Below, piece after piece: positions 1 through 12,281 of a stretch of DNA of 64,000 nucleotides. The stretch is from Chiloscyllium plagiosum (lineage: Eukaryota). The stretch covers positions 6,088,044 to 6,152,043 of the forward strand of contig NC_057752.1 in assembly GCF_004010195.1 (NCBI RefSeq). The letters run 5' to 3'. The notes beneath the pieces were generated by a model, which was given only the letters and a program-made list of their open reading frames with translations, was not told the origin of the DNA and ran no database searches. Both the position numbers and the translations under genes were made by a program. The number at the start of each line of letters is the position of its first letter. Positions within the stretch are counted from its first letter, which is position 1.

Positions 1-505
1 TTCCTTCTTTTTCTTAACCAAACCCTCAATTTCTTTAGTCATCCAGCATTCTCTATACCTACCAGCCTTTCCTTTCACCCTAGTAGGAATATACTGTCTC
101 TGGACTCTCGTTATCTCATTTCTGAGGACTTCCCATTTTCCAGCCGTCCCTTTACCTGCGAACATTTGCCTCCAATCAGCTTTCGAAAGTTCTTGCCTAA
201 TACCATCAAAATTGGCCTTTCTCCAATTTAGAACTTCAACTTTTAGATCCAGTCTATCCTTTTCCATCACTATTTTAAAACTAATAGAATCATGGTCACT
301 GGCCCCAAAGTGCTCTCCCACTGACACCTCAGTCACCTGCCCTGCCTTATTTCCCAATAGTAGGTCAAGTTTTGCACCTTCTCTAGTGGGTACATCCACA
401 TACTGAATCAGAAAATTTTCTTGTACATGTTTAACAAATTCCTCTCCATCTAAACCCTGAACACTATGGCAGTCCCAGACTATGTTTGGAAAGTTAAAAT
501 CTCTT
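1..505 (-). mobile_element. CR1-type LINE fragment (ORF2 endonuclease-RT linker)
   Basis: Minus strand encodes a CR1-like LDLLL..GQVT.VSVGEHF..SDHDSISF-type sequence. Confidence 0.75.
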
Positions 506-1646
506 ACCATAATCAAATTATTCTTACCAGATTATTCTTACAGATAACCAAGATCTCCTTACAATGTGTTGGGAAACGAGTTAAAACTTTGTTTAGCTAT
601 TTGTGTCAAGATCTTTCTAACTGTCTTACACACAGACCTGTTTTGTTTTGGGGGCGGGGTGAAATAAACTTATGTTCTGTTAAAGAATATCTGTGACCTC
701 ACATAAAAAGGTTTCAGTGACTAACCACCACATTGACCAACTGTAAACATTGCATATGTTACCTATCAAGTCAGGTTACATTCTGGGATCCAACTTGTTC
801 AGTATTATCATCAGCTGGAATCATATCATCCAGATCTCCATTCCACTATTATGACATTTCACCCATCATTGAAGAAATCAAAAGGTTTTCTCTCTGACTA
901 GGCAGCATTTTCAAGTGTGAACCATTCTACATGAAGCCACCCTTGTGACTAGCACAGCAGCAGACCTTCAGGTACCAATTGAGAAAATGAACAAAATGAT
1001 TGGAATGAAAATGAATGTATAAAAAGGCAGGCATTATGAAGACCAAACAAAATAATGGCAGGAAAACAGAAGTCAAGAGAAATGGTCAACAGGTTTGAAA
1101 CGGGTTTCACATTTTAACTTCCTGAGAAGACTCATGGGAGAAGATGTTTATTGTCATCAAGAAATTGAAGCTAGAATAGCAATGCTAAAGGATGCATTCT
1201 TCCAAACAGGAAGATAGGAGCAGGATTAGGCCATTTGGCCCCTTGTGCCTGCTCCACTATTCCCATTACTATTTCATGAGATATGGACATCACTGGCAAG
1301 ACCCTTGAACTGGGTGGCTTGCTGGGCTATTTCAGAGGGTGATTCAGAGTCAGTCACATTTCCGCAGGTCTAAAGCCAAACAGTGAGGACGGCAGATTTC
1401 CTCCCTTAAAAGGACATTGGTGAACTGGATGGGTTTTTACGACAACTGACAATAGTTTTACAGTCACCATTACCCAGACTAACTTTACTAATTTAAGTTC
1501 CAATGGTTGCCATGATGAAATTTATAACCAGTGTGGCCAGAACATTAGGTAAAATCAATGACTGCAGATGCTGGAAACCAGATTCTGGATTAGTGGTGCT
1601 GGAAAAACACAGCAGTTCAGGCAGCATCCGAGGCGCAGTAAAAATC

Positions 1647-1672
1647 GACGTTTCGGGCAAACCCTTCATCAG
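1647..1672 (-). ncRNA. Minimal hammerhead ribozyme core in a PLE terminal repeat (1548-1680)
   Basis: Minus strand: uucCUGAUGA A GGG UUUG CCC GAAAC GUC gauu. Both conserved boxes, stem II, palindromic ACGU stem III and the GUC cleavage triplet are present. Activity untested. Confidence 0.7.
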
Positions 1673-1983
1673 GAATACAGGCCTGGGTCTCTAGATTACT
1701 AGTCCAGTTACATTACCATAATGCCACCATTTCGTCCATATCCAAGATATCTTTAATATTGGAAGTCTAACAATTTCATTCTTCCAGTCAATAAACCTTC
1801 ACAGCCCTCTGGAGTAGGGAATTCCAAAGATCCACCACCTTCTGACTGAAGAAATTCCTTCTCAGCCCAGTTCTAGGTAGTCTATCCCTTAGTCTGAGGC
1901 TGTTTCGCCTGGTTTTAGCCAGGGACTACTCAGGATAAGAATAAATAGAGAATAAGATTAAAAAAATTCAAAATTACCATGCC

Positions 1984-2798
1984 TGTGACATGGGGTGTGT
2001 TATACTGGGCCGAACTGGGGATTCCAAGGAAAGCAGATATTCCAAGACAAAGCTCTGACAAAGTGAAACAAAGCTCTGACAAAATATGGAAAGTTTATAC
2101 AGAACACCAGCAAACTGTGACAATGTAAACTTCAGAAGTTTTATCACTATTCATGGATTGAAAGAATCAGTAATAACCCTTTCTGAAATAAACTATTTCC
2201 TGAGATAAAAGGACAAGGACAAACTATTATGAAGGAATTAAAAACAAAATATGCCAATTAGCCATCTCTGGGGAAAAAGGAGGTGTCGAAGCAGCACAAA
2301 CTGTTTTAACATCAGCTTGATAACTAACTGCATTGTGACAAATGGGGAAATAAGAATTGCCTGCAGAAGAATTTGAGTCGTCAATGGCAGGACAGGCTGT
2401 GTTTGAAACAAACCAAGAAAACAGAACGTAATAAGGAACAGAAAAGCTACTCCTGATAAGAAAGGAAGCTACAGACTTGGTGACTTGAGAAGTATCATAA
2501 ATAATGTCATGCCAAGAGCTTAAAAAGACAGAAAATCATGTAAGAATTCAACATCAAGATTCTTCAACATCAGGATTCTTCAATAGTAGAACTCTGGAGA
2601 ACAATACTGCATAAGGATTAAACGCTGGACATCCAGAGATGGATGCTGTTGGTTGGAATTGTAGCTAAAGTCCACAATTAATTGAGTGATAACCAAGTTC
2701 AGTTGAGAGGCTGAAATTCCTTACTTGAGGGGACTTCTTTCTTAAGAACTAGCCAAATTAAAATGTAACTTATGATGCTCAAATCAGCTGTAAGCACA
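1984..2798 (+). mobile_element. Solo LTR related to the 20130-20966 LTR
   Basis: Starts TGTGACA. Shares blocks such as aaggaaca.a.aagctac..ctgataagaa.g..aagct.cag and tagcc.aatta(a)aatgtaactt with the other LTR. Flanks atgcc/ctgcc form an imperfect TSD. Confidence 0.55.
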
Positions 2799-2894
2799 CT
2801 GCCCTGGCCACATACCCATTAGAAAGGAAAGAAGCATGGAATGAATTGCCAGAGGAAATGGTGGAGGCCAGTACAATTACAACAGGTACAATAC

Positions 2895-3031
2895 CTCGAC
2901 ATCAGGAGTAGAACTGTCCTGGAGCGGCTGTGCAGACTCCTTGATCTTATGTACCTGCTGCATCAGCAAATCACAATAAAGTCGAAGCTCAGACATTTTG
3001 GATTTCAAGGTGTCCTCAGTTTCACTAATTT
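2895..3031 (-). CDS. PLEKHA3: PLEKHA3-like coding exon 4 ([46 protein letters not shown])
   Basis: Acceptor aatttgcag|AA, donor GAG|GTATTG, 137 nt. Carries the FAPP motif [12 protein letters not shown]. Absent from the ORF track. Confidence 0.93.
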
Positions 3032-6000
3032 CTGCAAATTCAAAACATTTTTAGAAAATATTTGAATTAAAAATGACAAATCAATCTTTTAACAAGAGGA
3101 TCAATCACAACTTCCTTTAGGGGACTCAGTAGAATGGGTCTTTCACAGAGGTAGCATGGACTAATTGGGCCAAATGGCCTCCTTCTGTGCTACACGATTT
3201 TACGATTTAGAGTCATACAGCATGGAAACCCTTCGGTCCAATTCATCCATGCCAACCAAGTTTCCCAAACTAAACTAGTCGCATTGGTCCAGTTTATTTC
3301 TGTGTTGAATGGAGTTGTTTTATTAAGAAAAAAAAAAGAGACATACATTCAGAGTGTGATGCCACCACATAGTGAAGGAAAGATTGCAAGGCGATAAAAC
3401 AAATGGCAGGCACAGCCAAACCCCTCACAAGGCAGCCCTGATGCCAGCCTCCTGGAAAACTCTGGGGAGGCTGGCAGAGAGACATGTGCACAGCATTGAA
3501 AGATTTGTTCCACTGCACTTCCTAAAGCTAACAAAAATGTTACAGCCGCCAGGTTCCTAGGAAATCTCTGCTTCATCCCCCAAGTATCCCAAATGGGTCT
3601 GCAACACATGTAGCCAAAAACGGACTGCTTGCAAACATCTGTTCAGTCCAATGAGACCTCTAATTTCAAAAGACTCTCAAACAGCCACGTCCTGATGGAG
3701 TGATGTGTGTTGGTGCATTTCTGCGTCCATCATCATCATTTTGGCTTCAACCAGGACATATGTTTTCCCATACACAATTCTTCTCAGACATTTTCCCAAA
3801 CTATTTCCTCAAGTTTCAAGCTCCCTGATGCTTCAGAGTAATGCAGGTTTAGACCAGATATAATCTCTGGTGTGTGCCAAGGTACCTATACTCATATCAG
3901 CGTGGCTACAAGGAGGAAGTGGACATTGATCTTGATATCTGCGGATTAGGGAGAGGAATAATTTGTGAAAACTCCATTTAAGGTGTAATTTTCTGTATGT
4001 AAACTATCAATGTGCATATATCCAGTAGATTTCAATGGATGACTATCAGAAGCAGCAATCACAGAAAATGCAGCACAGAAATATTCATGCTCCACATGAA
4101 CCTCCTTGAACACTAACAGCCTAATGTTCTCTTCTTTTCTCCCTTGTGTATTTATCCAGCTTCCCTTTATGTGCTGGTTGGCTCAACTACACTTAGAAGG
4201 AGAATCCTTATAGCCTGGAAACAGGCCATTCAGCCCAACAAGTCCACATCAACTCTCTGAAGAGTATCCCCCCCCAAAGCCATTCCCCTACCCTATTACT
4301 CTAGATTTACCCTGACTAATGCACCTAATCTACACATCCCTGAACACTATGGAACAATTTAGCATGGCCAATTCACCCTAACCTGCACATCTTTGGATTG
4401 TGGGAGGGAACTGGAGCACCCGAGGAAACCCACACAGACACAAGGAGAACGTGCAAACTTGACACAGACAGTCACCCGAGGCTGGAATCGAACCCCGGTA
4501 CCTGGTGCTGGGAAGCAGTAGTGCTAACCACTGAGCCATTGTGCTGCCCCATTTGTGGATGTCCACTTTCCCAACCACTTGAGTGGGGAAATAAGTTTCC
4601 CCATTATCAGATTTAATATCAATCTATTATGGAGTTGATGAATCCTGAACACTCATTCCTTCCTTATATTTAGCAGCGCCACGCATTCTTCTCGACGGGA
4701 ATGAGCAAATTCAACTCAAAGAATCAAACAGGTTGGTACTGGTCATTGTGTTTATAAACCCAATACAAAGTGGCAAGAGGGGGCTCTTCATGTATTTTCT
4801 GCTGGAAAGCATCTCAAAACAGCACATGGACCTGTAGCATTATAGGACAATAATCACAGCGCTCCAGTAAACAAAACTGGGAAACATCAAAACCATCCAA
4901 AAAAAAAACAGAATAAAAGGCACCACCTCGTTCCTTCTTGCTCCTGCTGTCTGCCAGGCAGGCTTTGGCACTTCCAAGAGCAACCAACCATTTCTGTCGC
5001 TCTGCAGCATTTACTGCTTTGAGGTAGAAATATTGTTCTCCAGGAATAATCAAGTCCATCCGGGTGAAGTCTGCTGTGTGCACTAGTAAGAAAAACATGG
5101 TATTTTAGTGGCAGAAGACAACAGTGAACCTGTTTCCTACCTTGCCTGTCATGTGAATCTTTCAAAAAAACCCTAATGGCCATATTGTACCAACAGTAAA
5201 ACAAGACAGACAAGGGTGCGCCAAGGAAATCCAACAAATGACAGACTGGAACAGATAAAATAAGCAAAAACAGGCTGAAACAGAATGTAGGAAGAGGAGA
5301 AGGCCATTCAGCCCCTCAAAGCTGTTCTGGCATTCAAAACAAAAGGCTTGGATTTATACACAACCTCTGGACATATCAAAGCCCATTACAGCCAATTAAG
5401 TGCAGTCACTGTTGTAATGTAGGTCATGTGGCAGCCAATTTGCAGACAGCAAGCTCCTGCAAACACCACATGATAATGACTTGATAATCTTCTGTGATGT
5501 TAATTGAGGGATAAGTATTGGCCAGGACACTGGGGCACTTTCTTCCTCAAAATAATACTACGGGATCTTTTACATACACCCAATCAGGTAGATGAGGCCT
5601 CATCTGAAAACAAAAGCACATCCAACAGTGCAGCACTCCTTCAGTACTGCGCCAGAGAGTCAGTCTGGGCTTTTGTGCTCAAGCCCTGGAGTGGGACAAG
5701 ACAAGAGTGCTACCAGTCATAGCTGACACTCAACAAAATCCTCATTGATCTGGTTCCCAACCTTTGCTCCATATCATAGGGTCATAGAGATGTACAGCAT
5801 GGAAACAGACCCTTCGGTCCAACCTGTCCATGCCGACCAGATATCCCAACCCAATCTAGTCCCACATGCCAGCACCCAACCCATATCCCTCCAAACCCTT
5901 CCTATTCATACACCCATCCAAGTACCTCTTAAATGTTGCAATTGCACCAGCCTCCGCCTCTTCCTCTGGCACCTCACTCCATACACGTACCACCCTCTGT

Positions 6001-9000
6001 GTGAAAAGGTTGCTCCTTCGGTCTCTTTTATATCTTTCCCCACTCACCCTAAACCTATGCCCTCTAGTTCTGGACTCCCCGACCCCAGGGAAAAGACGTT
6101 GCCTATTTACCCTATCCATGCCCCTCAATTTTGAAAAACCTCTATCAGGTCACCCCTCAGCCTCCGACGATCCAGGGAAAACAGACCCAGCCTGTTCAGC
6201 CTCTCCCCATAACTCAAATCCTCCAACCCTGGCAACATCTTTTCTGAACCCTTTCAAAGTATCCTTTAATACTCTTGGCTAGTAAGAAAAATCAGTTGGT
6301 CTCAGATTTAAACATTTCTATTGGAGCTCGCATTTGCTATATTGTGTGGGCCAATTTGACTTTTACCATCATTAGGGATTCTCAATATCTCTCCTCAATG
6401 GCCTCGCTCTGATTTTTCAAGTTAGGTCCTCAACTTACACTCTCCCTACTGGGGTTTCAGCGGCTTTGGTCAAGGAGACCGTTCCATCTCGGTTTATGCA
6501 AAGGAAATAATTGCAACAGTGGAATAAGAGCAGAGATTGTGTTTGAGTCAGCTTCACACATTGGTGTGGCCCAAGTATTCTATTTTTAAATACTTATTCC
6601 ATTCTATTCACAGAATCACCTGGAGAAGCAGGCTTCCATTCCTCCCTAATTTACCTGTATAAGCAGATTGCATTGTCACACTGGACAGACCTGAACTGCA
6701 CCCTCCCAGCGACATCAGTAAGGAAACATCAAACTTTGGCAGAACTCCAGAAGGGTTCCATTTGAAATGATACAAATTCCAAGCCTCATTTGGTCACAGC
6801 ATCAAGTTTGGTCATTTATACCCACACAAGCCCAGGTCAGGCCATACCGAACTGTGGGAGTGCTTTCCAAAGGGTTCCAGTGTGCATGTTTGGCAACTCC
6901 AAGCTCAACAGCTGCTTTCACTTTTCTACCTTTTATCTCGCACACAGCCATTTTGATGCTCCCTTTACTTCCTTTCCCAACATCTTCCTGCGAGTCGTAG
7001 TACGACAGCACAGTACCATCCAGCACAAAGTACCGTGGCTGCCAGCCTGTCAAAATGAAAGGGATTGGAAGAATCAGCAGAAGATTATGATTGCAACAAA
7101 TACAAAAAAAATTGTGGAAGGTTGTGAAGACACAACAATTTTAGGAACAGGAGGAGGCCATTTAGCTCCTCTAGCCTGTTCAGTCTCCATTCAATAAGGT
7201 CATAACTGACCTGCAACTTGACTCACATTTAGCAGCCTTTGCTTCTTAGCCCTTAATACAGTTGGTGAGCAAACTAAAGACCAGAAATTGTTGGAAAAAA
7301 GCTCAGCAGGTGGACAGAAATCAGAGTTAATGTTTCAAGGTCCAGTGACCCTTCATCAATTCTGAGGAAGGGTCACTGGACCTCAAAACATTAACTCTGA
7401 CTTCTCTGCACAGTTGCTGCCGGACCTGCTGAGCTTTTCCAGCAATTTGATTTCGTTTTGATTTACAGCATCTGCAGTTCTTTCAGTTTTTAAAAGACCA
7501 GTCTTAACTTTAACATCAACTGCGATTAACTTTGTAAATTTGAAGTCATTCGAAGCTCTGCTGTTCTGAGGCTTAACTCACACCAAATCCCATTCTCCTA
7601 TTACCCCCCCCCCCCCCGGGTCTCTGATCTACATTGACTATTATGGTCAGTCCCATAAATCAGCAGAGACATCGCTGCACTTGTTTAATTCTAGTACCCT
7701 TCAAGCACCTTGATTTTTAAATCACTCCACCATCGGTGGCTGCACCTTCAGTTGTTTGAACTCCCAAGTTCTGGGATTCCTTCCCTCTCTGTTTAAGAGG
7801 CTCCTTAAAACCTACTCGTTTGACCAAACGTCTGTGTGGCTCAATGAATATCCCTGAACATTACCTTTTGAATTAGGTTACTGATCTGGTCTGTGAAAAC
7901 AATTTGCAGAATTGCACATTGCAACTGCTAAACAACTGCAGGTACAAAACACAGTATCCCATGAAATTTCACATAACTGCTATAAGTGGCTGCCATTTGC
8001 ATCCCCAGACTAACTTCTGCGTCCTGCTCATTTAGACACAAATTCAAGAGTTAGCTTCGATATGCCTAGAACCCAAACTCCAGTCAAAAGACATTGTCAG
8101 CCTCGTGGCAGCTGATAGCTTGATGTAGTGTGCAACACATGGACACACTCGCACAGACTCCTGTGATAAAAGGACGTGGAACATTTAAGAAGTTGTGGCA
8201 CAGTGAGTCGTGCCCCTACCACTGGGCCAAACAGCTTCAAACCGTGCAAGTAATTGCTCAGGACTGAATGACCATGGAAGGCAAAAAGTAACGCAACAAA
8301 ACAGGTTGAACCAATGTTAAAAGGCTTCACTATGCAAATTGCTGTCACAAGCAAGTGTCATCCTTCTTCCAAGGGACAAACACAGCCACATCTCCTCGCC
8401 AATAGAGGGATTCTAGGGAATTCTTGGAGATTTCTGCAATGATAGTATTGATTAAAAGGAATCGGACAAGCAGGATTGCTTTCCCGCTCAAAAATCAAGA
8501 TCACATAATTCCAGAGGCAGCTGCGTCCCTCCCCAAAGGCTAACTCACAGATTACTGGAAAAGCAAACTGCAGCTTCTTGGACACACTGCCCAGGCCACT
8601 TAAAGCAGAACCCTGCAAACTCAGTCTGACGATGCACTCAGATGGTGCCACAGACACATTGCAAAACTCAAGCTTCTACAGTTTGCCTTTCAAATCCAAA
8701 GTGGCAAATTTGTGGCAGGGTTGTGCAGTTCCCGTTGTTGAATATATTTAAGACAGGAATCAATAGATTTCTAGATATTAAAAAAAGGTATCAAAGGAAA
8801 ATGGTGTAGAGGTAGATGGTCAGCCATGATCACATTGCATCATGGTGCAGAGTTGAAGGGCTGAATGGCCTGCACCTTTTCCTAATTTAGTAACAAGGGA
8901 AACATACAAATTAAGTGTTTCCAATCTGTGAACTTTTCCTTCACCAGGAGCTCTGTTTCCCTAAAAAGGAAACCTAAAGTCGACAAAATTTTCAATTTCA

Positions 9001-11341
9001 GGAAGCGACACTTGAAACCAGGCTACAGCACCAAGGAATGAATAGAGTAGGGTGTGGATAGAAGTATTTTGTTTCAGTTGAACTGGAGCTTGGTGTACAT
9101 TGTTTGGGAGCACCAGGCTCCACCTGTGTATGTTGGAGTGGCTGGGGTTAGAGTACAACTCAGAGTTTATGGTGAGGGAGCAGGTCAGCTCGAGTTGGAA
9201 AGCATGAAGAAAAAGGTTCACGATGAACAGCTGAAGCTTACCTATTGTTTCAACATTAGTCGATTTGGCCAGTTCTGTTGTAGCTGGCTGTTACACTGAC
9301 TGGGTTTCGACATTCTTATCCCAGCCTATTTACATTCTATACATTAAGTTCAGTACCAACCAGATCTCAGGCACACGGCTAGTAATAAACTGTTTCATTG
9401 CATTTTTCACCCAGATGATGCCATTGAGGATTGCAATGCCCTCTGAATGTGCCAGCCAATTAAAGACTGATCCATACGCAGATCAGCCAAGCAAGCAGGG
9501 GATTGAATAATTAAAAAGTTACTGTGAACTCTGTAAAGGGCAAGCCTTGCTCAGTTCTGAACAAAAGTCATATCAGACCCGAAACACTAACTGTTTCTCT
9601 CTGCAGACACTGCCAGCCGTGCTGAGTTGCTGCAGCACTTTTTATTTCAGATCTCAGTCATTTCAGTATTTCACATTTGTTAACAATTTTGCCTCCTCAG
9701 CTCTAGGGGTGCATGCTTCAGACCAAAGGTGTTGCCTTCCGGCTAGGGTGGTCCTACCAGTCAGGTAACAAGCCAATAAAAGGCACAAGAAATAGAAGCA
9801 GGAGTAGGCCATTTGGCCCCTCTCACCTGCTCCATTATTCAACAAGATCATGGCTCTCTGATGGTAGCCTCAACTCCACTTTCTTGTCTGATCCCACCCA
9901 ATCAATCAAAAATCTGTCTCATTCACCCTTGAATATATTCAAAGACCCAGCCTCCACTGCTTTCTGAAAAAGAGAATTACAAACACAATGACGCTCAGAA
10001 GAAATTGCTTCACATCTCTGCCTGAAATGAGAGACCCACTTATTTTGAAATCATGCCCTTTTGTTTTACATTCTGCCCCTTCCCATGGGAAACTTTCTCT
10101 CAGCAAACCTACCAAGTGCCCCCAGGATCTTATATATTTCAATAAGATCACTTCTCATTATTCTAAATGCCAATAAATGTAGACTCAACCTTTCCTCGTG
10201 CGCAATCTTTAGAAATCTTCTCTAAACTGTTTCCAATAAGGTACATGACTCCTTGAGTAAGGAGACCAGAGCTGTACACAGTACTCTGGGCACAGTTTCA
10301 ACCACATACACAGGTTACAGGTTCATTACATGCTCATGTAGATTTGACACATTTGCTCTACATCACAGGAGCAGACCATTCAGCCCACCTCCTCCATGCT
10401 AGTTTATACTCTAAACAAATGTTTCCCCATCCTTCATCGTCTCCACCAGCCTATCCTTCTATTCCTTTCTCCCTCGTGATTATCCATTCACTGCACCCAC
10501 TTCCTTGTGATTTTGAGTTTCACATTCTCACTGCTTTCTGGCTAAAGAGGTTTTTCCAGAATTTCCAACTGAGTTTATTAGTGGCTATATGATGTTGATG
10601 GCTTCTCAGTTCGGAGTTTTCACACAAAGGGAAATTGTAGCGTCCTTCTGCCTGCTCCGAGAAGCCATTTCATAATCGAAAGTGCTTCTTCTGTCAATTA
10701 ACTACATTTCTTACTTCCAGGCTCTCTTCCAATTCAACTAAACTCTGCCTGTAGAACTAAGGCTTGCTCAACCATTGCCAGAATCCAAACTAATTTCCCT
10801 AGCCCTCTTATTTCCTGAAAGGGAAAAGATCAACAAATGACCAGATTGTTGAACTGCAGCCACCCATCGTCTTTTCTGAACCCTTGATTTTGAAACGAAA
10901 CCTCAACAGCAACAATCCCTGCAGATGTTGGGAAAGACGAGGCAAGCTGCCCTTTAGAAAGCTTGCGTGGCTCAATTATGCGCCGGATTATCTGGTCGGA
11001 AGCCAAACAAAGCCCGAGGGTCGCACGCTGAATTGGCTACTGTCAGCTGTGGTAGAGACACGGGCCTCAACACCCCGTGTTCAGGATGGATCCAAACAGG
11101 TGTTCTCCCTCAAACAGCGATGCAGCAAACCTGCATCTGCAAAATCTACAGGAAGGAGACAGATAAAAGAACAACTGGCAATATGCACCGAGTGTCAGCC
11201 TTTTGCGGCGCCAGTACGCTGTTTCTTCAGGCTGCAGAAAGCTCAGTGCTGGTTAAGTTGTTTGGACAGCATCTGCAGCAAGGTATAAGACCCCATCTCA
11301 CCACTCAGATAATTGGTCCACTTGTGCAGTACTCCTTCCAT
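2895..11341 (-). CDS. PLEKHA3: FAPP-family PH-domain protein gene (PLEKHA3/FAPP1-like), coding exons 1-4; 3' part lies outside the window. join(11341-11302, 7046-6930, 5082-4927, 3031-2895)
   Basis: Spliced translation: [150 protein letters not shown]. This matches the FAPP1/FAPP2 PH domain plus the following helix. Exons are 40/117/156/137 nt, all GT-AG and in frame. Orthology to PLEKHA3, PLEKHA8 or a third paralog is not settled. Confidence 0.9.
4205..4550 (-). mobile_element. HE1-type tRNA-derived V-SINE
   Basis: Pol III A box tggctcagtggtta and B box gttcgattcc on minus, V-domain gtgggtttcctcgggtgctccagtt, HER1-like tail. Confidence 0.88.
4927..5082 (-). CDS. PLEKHA3: PLEKHA3-like coding exon 3 ([52 protein letters not shown])
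   Basis: Acceptor ttcttactag|TG, donor CGAG|GTGGTG, 156 nt, phase 1-1. Lies inside ORF 4814..5098. Confidence 0.93.
5340..5730 (-). mobile_element. Ancient SINE, probably of the DeuSINE (SacSINE1/AmnSINE-like) group
   Basis: Motifs gtagtcactgttgtaatgtagg..gcagccaatttgc and acagtgcagcactcc.tcagtactgc, recalled from that group. Not verified by search. Confidence 0.5.
5778..6260 (-). mobile_element. CR1/HER1 LINE 3' end
   Basis: ORF 5856..6128 ([27 protein letters not shown]...) plus the ctctatgac tail. Confidence 0.9.
6930..7046 (-). CDS. PLEKHA3: PLEKHA3-like coding exon 2 (PH domain: [38 protein letters not shown])
   Basis: Acceptor ttttgacag|GC, donor AAAG|GTAGAA, 117 nt, phase 1-1. Lies inside ORF 6802..7053. 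Confidence 0.95.
7278..7490. mobile_element. Palindromic PLE-derived element (family B) with a CUGAGGA...(G)AAAC hammerhead remnant
   Basis: cagagttaatgtttcaaggtccagtgacccttc|...|ctgaggaagggtcactggacctcaaaacattaactctg forms an inverted repeat centred near 7358. Confidence 0.75.
9785..10310 (-). mobile_element. Old CR1 LINE 3' fragment
   Basis: agaaatagaagcaggagtaggccattt...gatcatggct...ggagaccagagctgtacacagtactc. Confidence 0.65.
11302..11341 (-). CDS. PLEKHA3: PLEKHA3-like coding exon 1 ([14 protein letters not shown])
   Basis: Minus strand reads ATG GAA GGA GTA CTG CAC AAG TGG ACC AAT TAT CTG AGT G|GTGAGA. Kozak-like context gtcATGG, canonical donor. Confidence 0.93.
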
Positions 11342-11700
11342 GACAGAGGGGCAACCTCCCGAATACTATGCCCAGCCAGTTCACACACTCTCTGCCTCTG
11401 TGTATTTTTGCTGCAGGAAGCGGCGAGCCGCCTTAGTGATTGACAGCTCCTCGGCAGCCAATCGGACAACACCTCCGCCACGTTCCCCCTGTCAACTGAA
11501 TTCCTGTATTGTGCCGTCACAATCGCCCCCGTTCTCTGAGCGAGTCAATCAATAGCAGTGGAACGGCGGCTCTTGCGAGCGATTGGGGGGAGAGGCCGCA
11601 GGAGGGGGCGGGGCGATGGGTTAGCCAATGGGACGGCTCCGGAGCCGCGTGCGCTGGTTGGAAGATCACGAGGGGCCTGGAGCGGGTGTGAAGCTTGTGA
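11342..11700 (-). promoter_or_regulatory. CpG-rich TATA-less promoter and 5' UTR of the PLEKHA3-like gene
   Basis: CpG-dense segment just upstream of the ATG. CCAAT at 11458-11462 and 11625-11629, ATTGG at 11582-11586, Sp1 GC box GGGGCGGGGC at 11605-11614, ETS-like CAGGAAG near 11414. Confidence 0.75.
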
Positions 11701-11994
11701 GCGAATTGAAAAAGGCGAGTGCCAGGGTTTTGTAGTTTTGCGCTTTTATAGAAGGGCTAGGTTTACAACAGCAAAGAAGTTGCGTTCAAACTGTGCCGCC
11801 TGAGTTGGTTCATTATGTCCAGCTCTGGGCAGCGCACAGAGGGGAGGATGTGAAAGTATCAGGAAAGGTGCATCAAAAATTGATGCATGAGGGGTTCCAG
11901 GGAGACGAGAGAAACTCCAGCTGTTTTCCATGGAGAAGAGCAGGTTGAGAGGAGATATGAAGGGCTGGACAAAGGAGAGATTTCTTTTTAATTA

Positions 11995-12281
11995 AGTAAA
12001 AACAATGACTGCAGATGCTGGAAACCAGATTCAGGTCCACGCCCCCCTATGACCCACCCTCCCATCCTGGCACCTTCCCCTGCCACCGCAGGAACTGTAA
12101 AACCTGCGCCCACACCTCCTCCCTCACCTCTATCCAAGGCCCTAAAGGAGCCTTCCACATCCATCAAAGTTTTACTTGCACCTCCACTAATATAATTTAT
12201 TGTATCCATTGCTCCCGATGCGGTCTCCTCTACATTGGGGAGACTGGGCGCCTCCTAGCAGAGCGCTTTAGGGAACATCTC
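11995..12281 (+). mobile_element. Penelope-like element fragment, GIY-YIG endonuclease region, preceded by a short inverted terminal piece
   Basis: Translation PGTFPCHRRNCKTC...[37 protein letters not shown] shows a Cys knuckle plus (G)IY...YIG..RFREH. Truncated by the gap. Confidence 0.9.

Noticed and set aside
10884..11803. Overlapping 60-158 aa ORFs around the promoter
   Set aside because: Expected in GC-rich promoter and intron-1 DNA. No recognisable protein other than the 40-nt first exon on minus.
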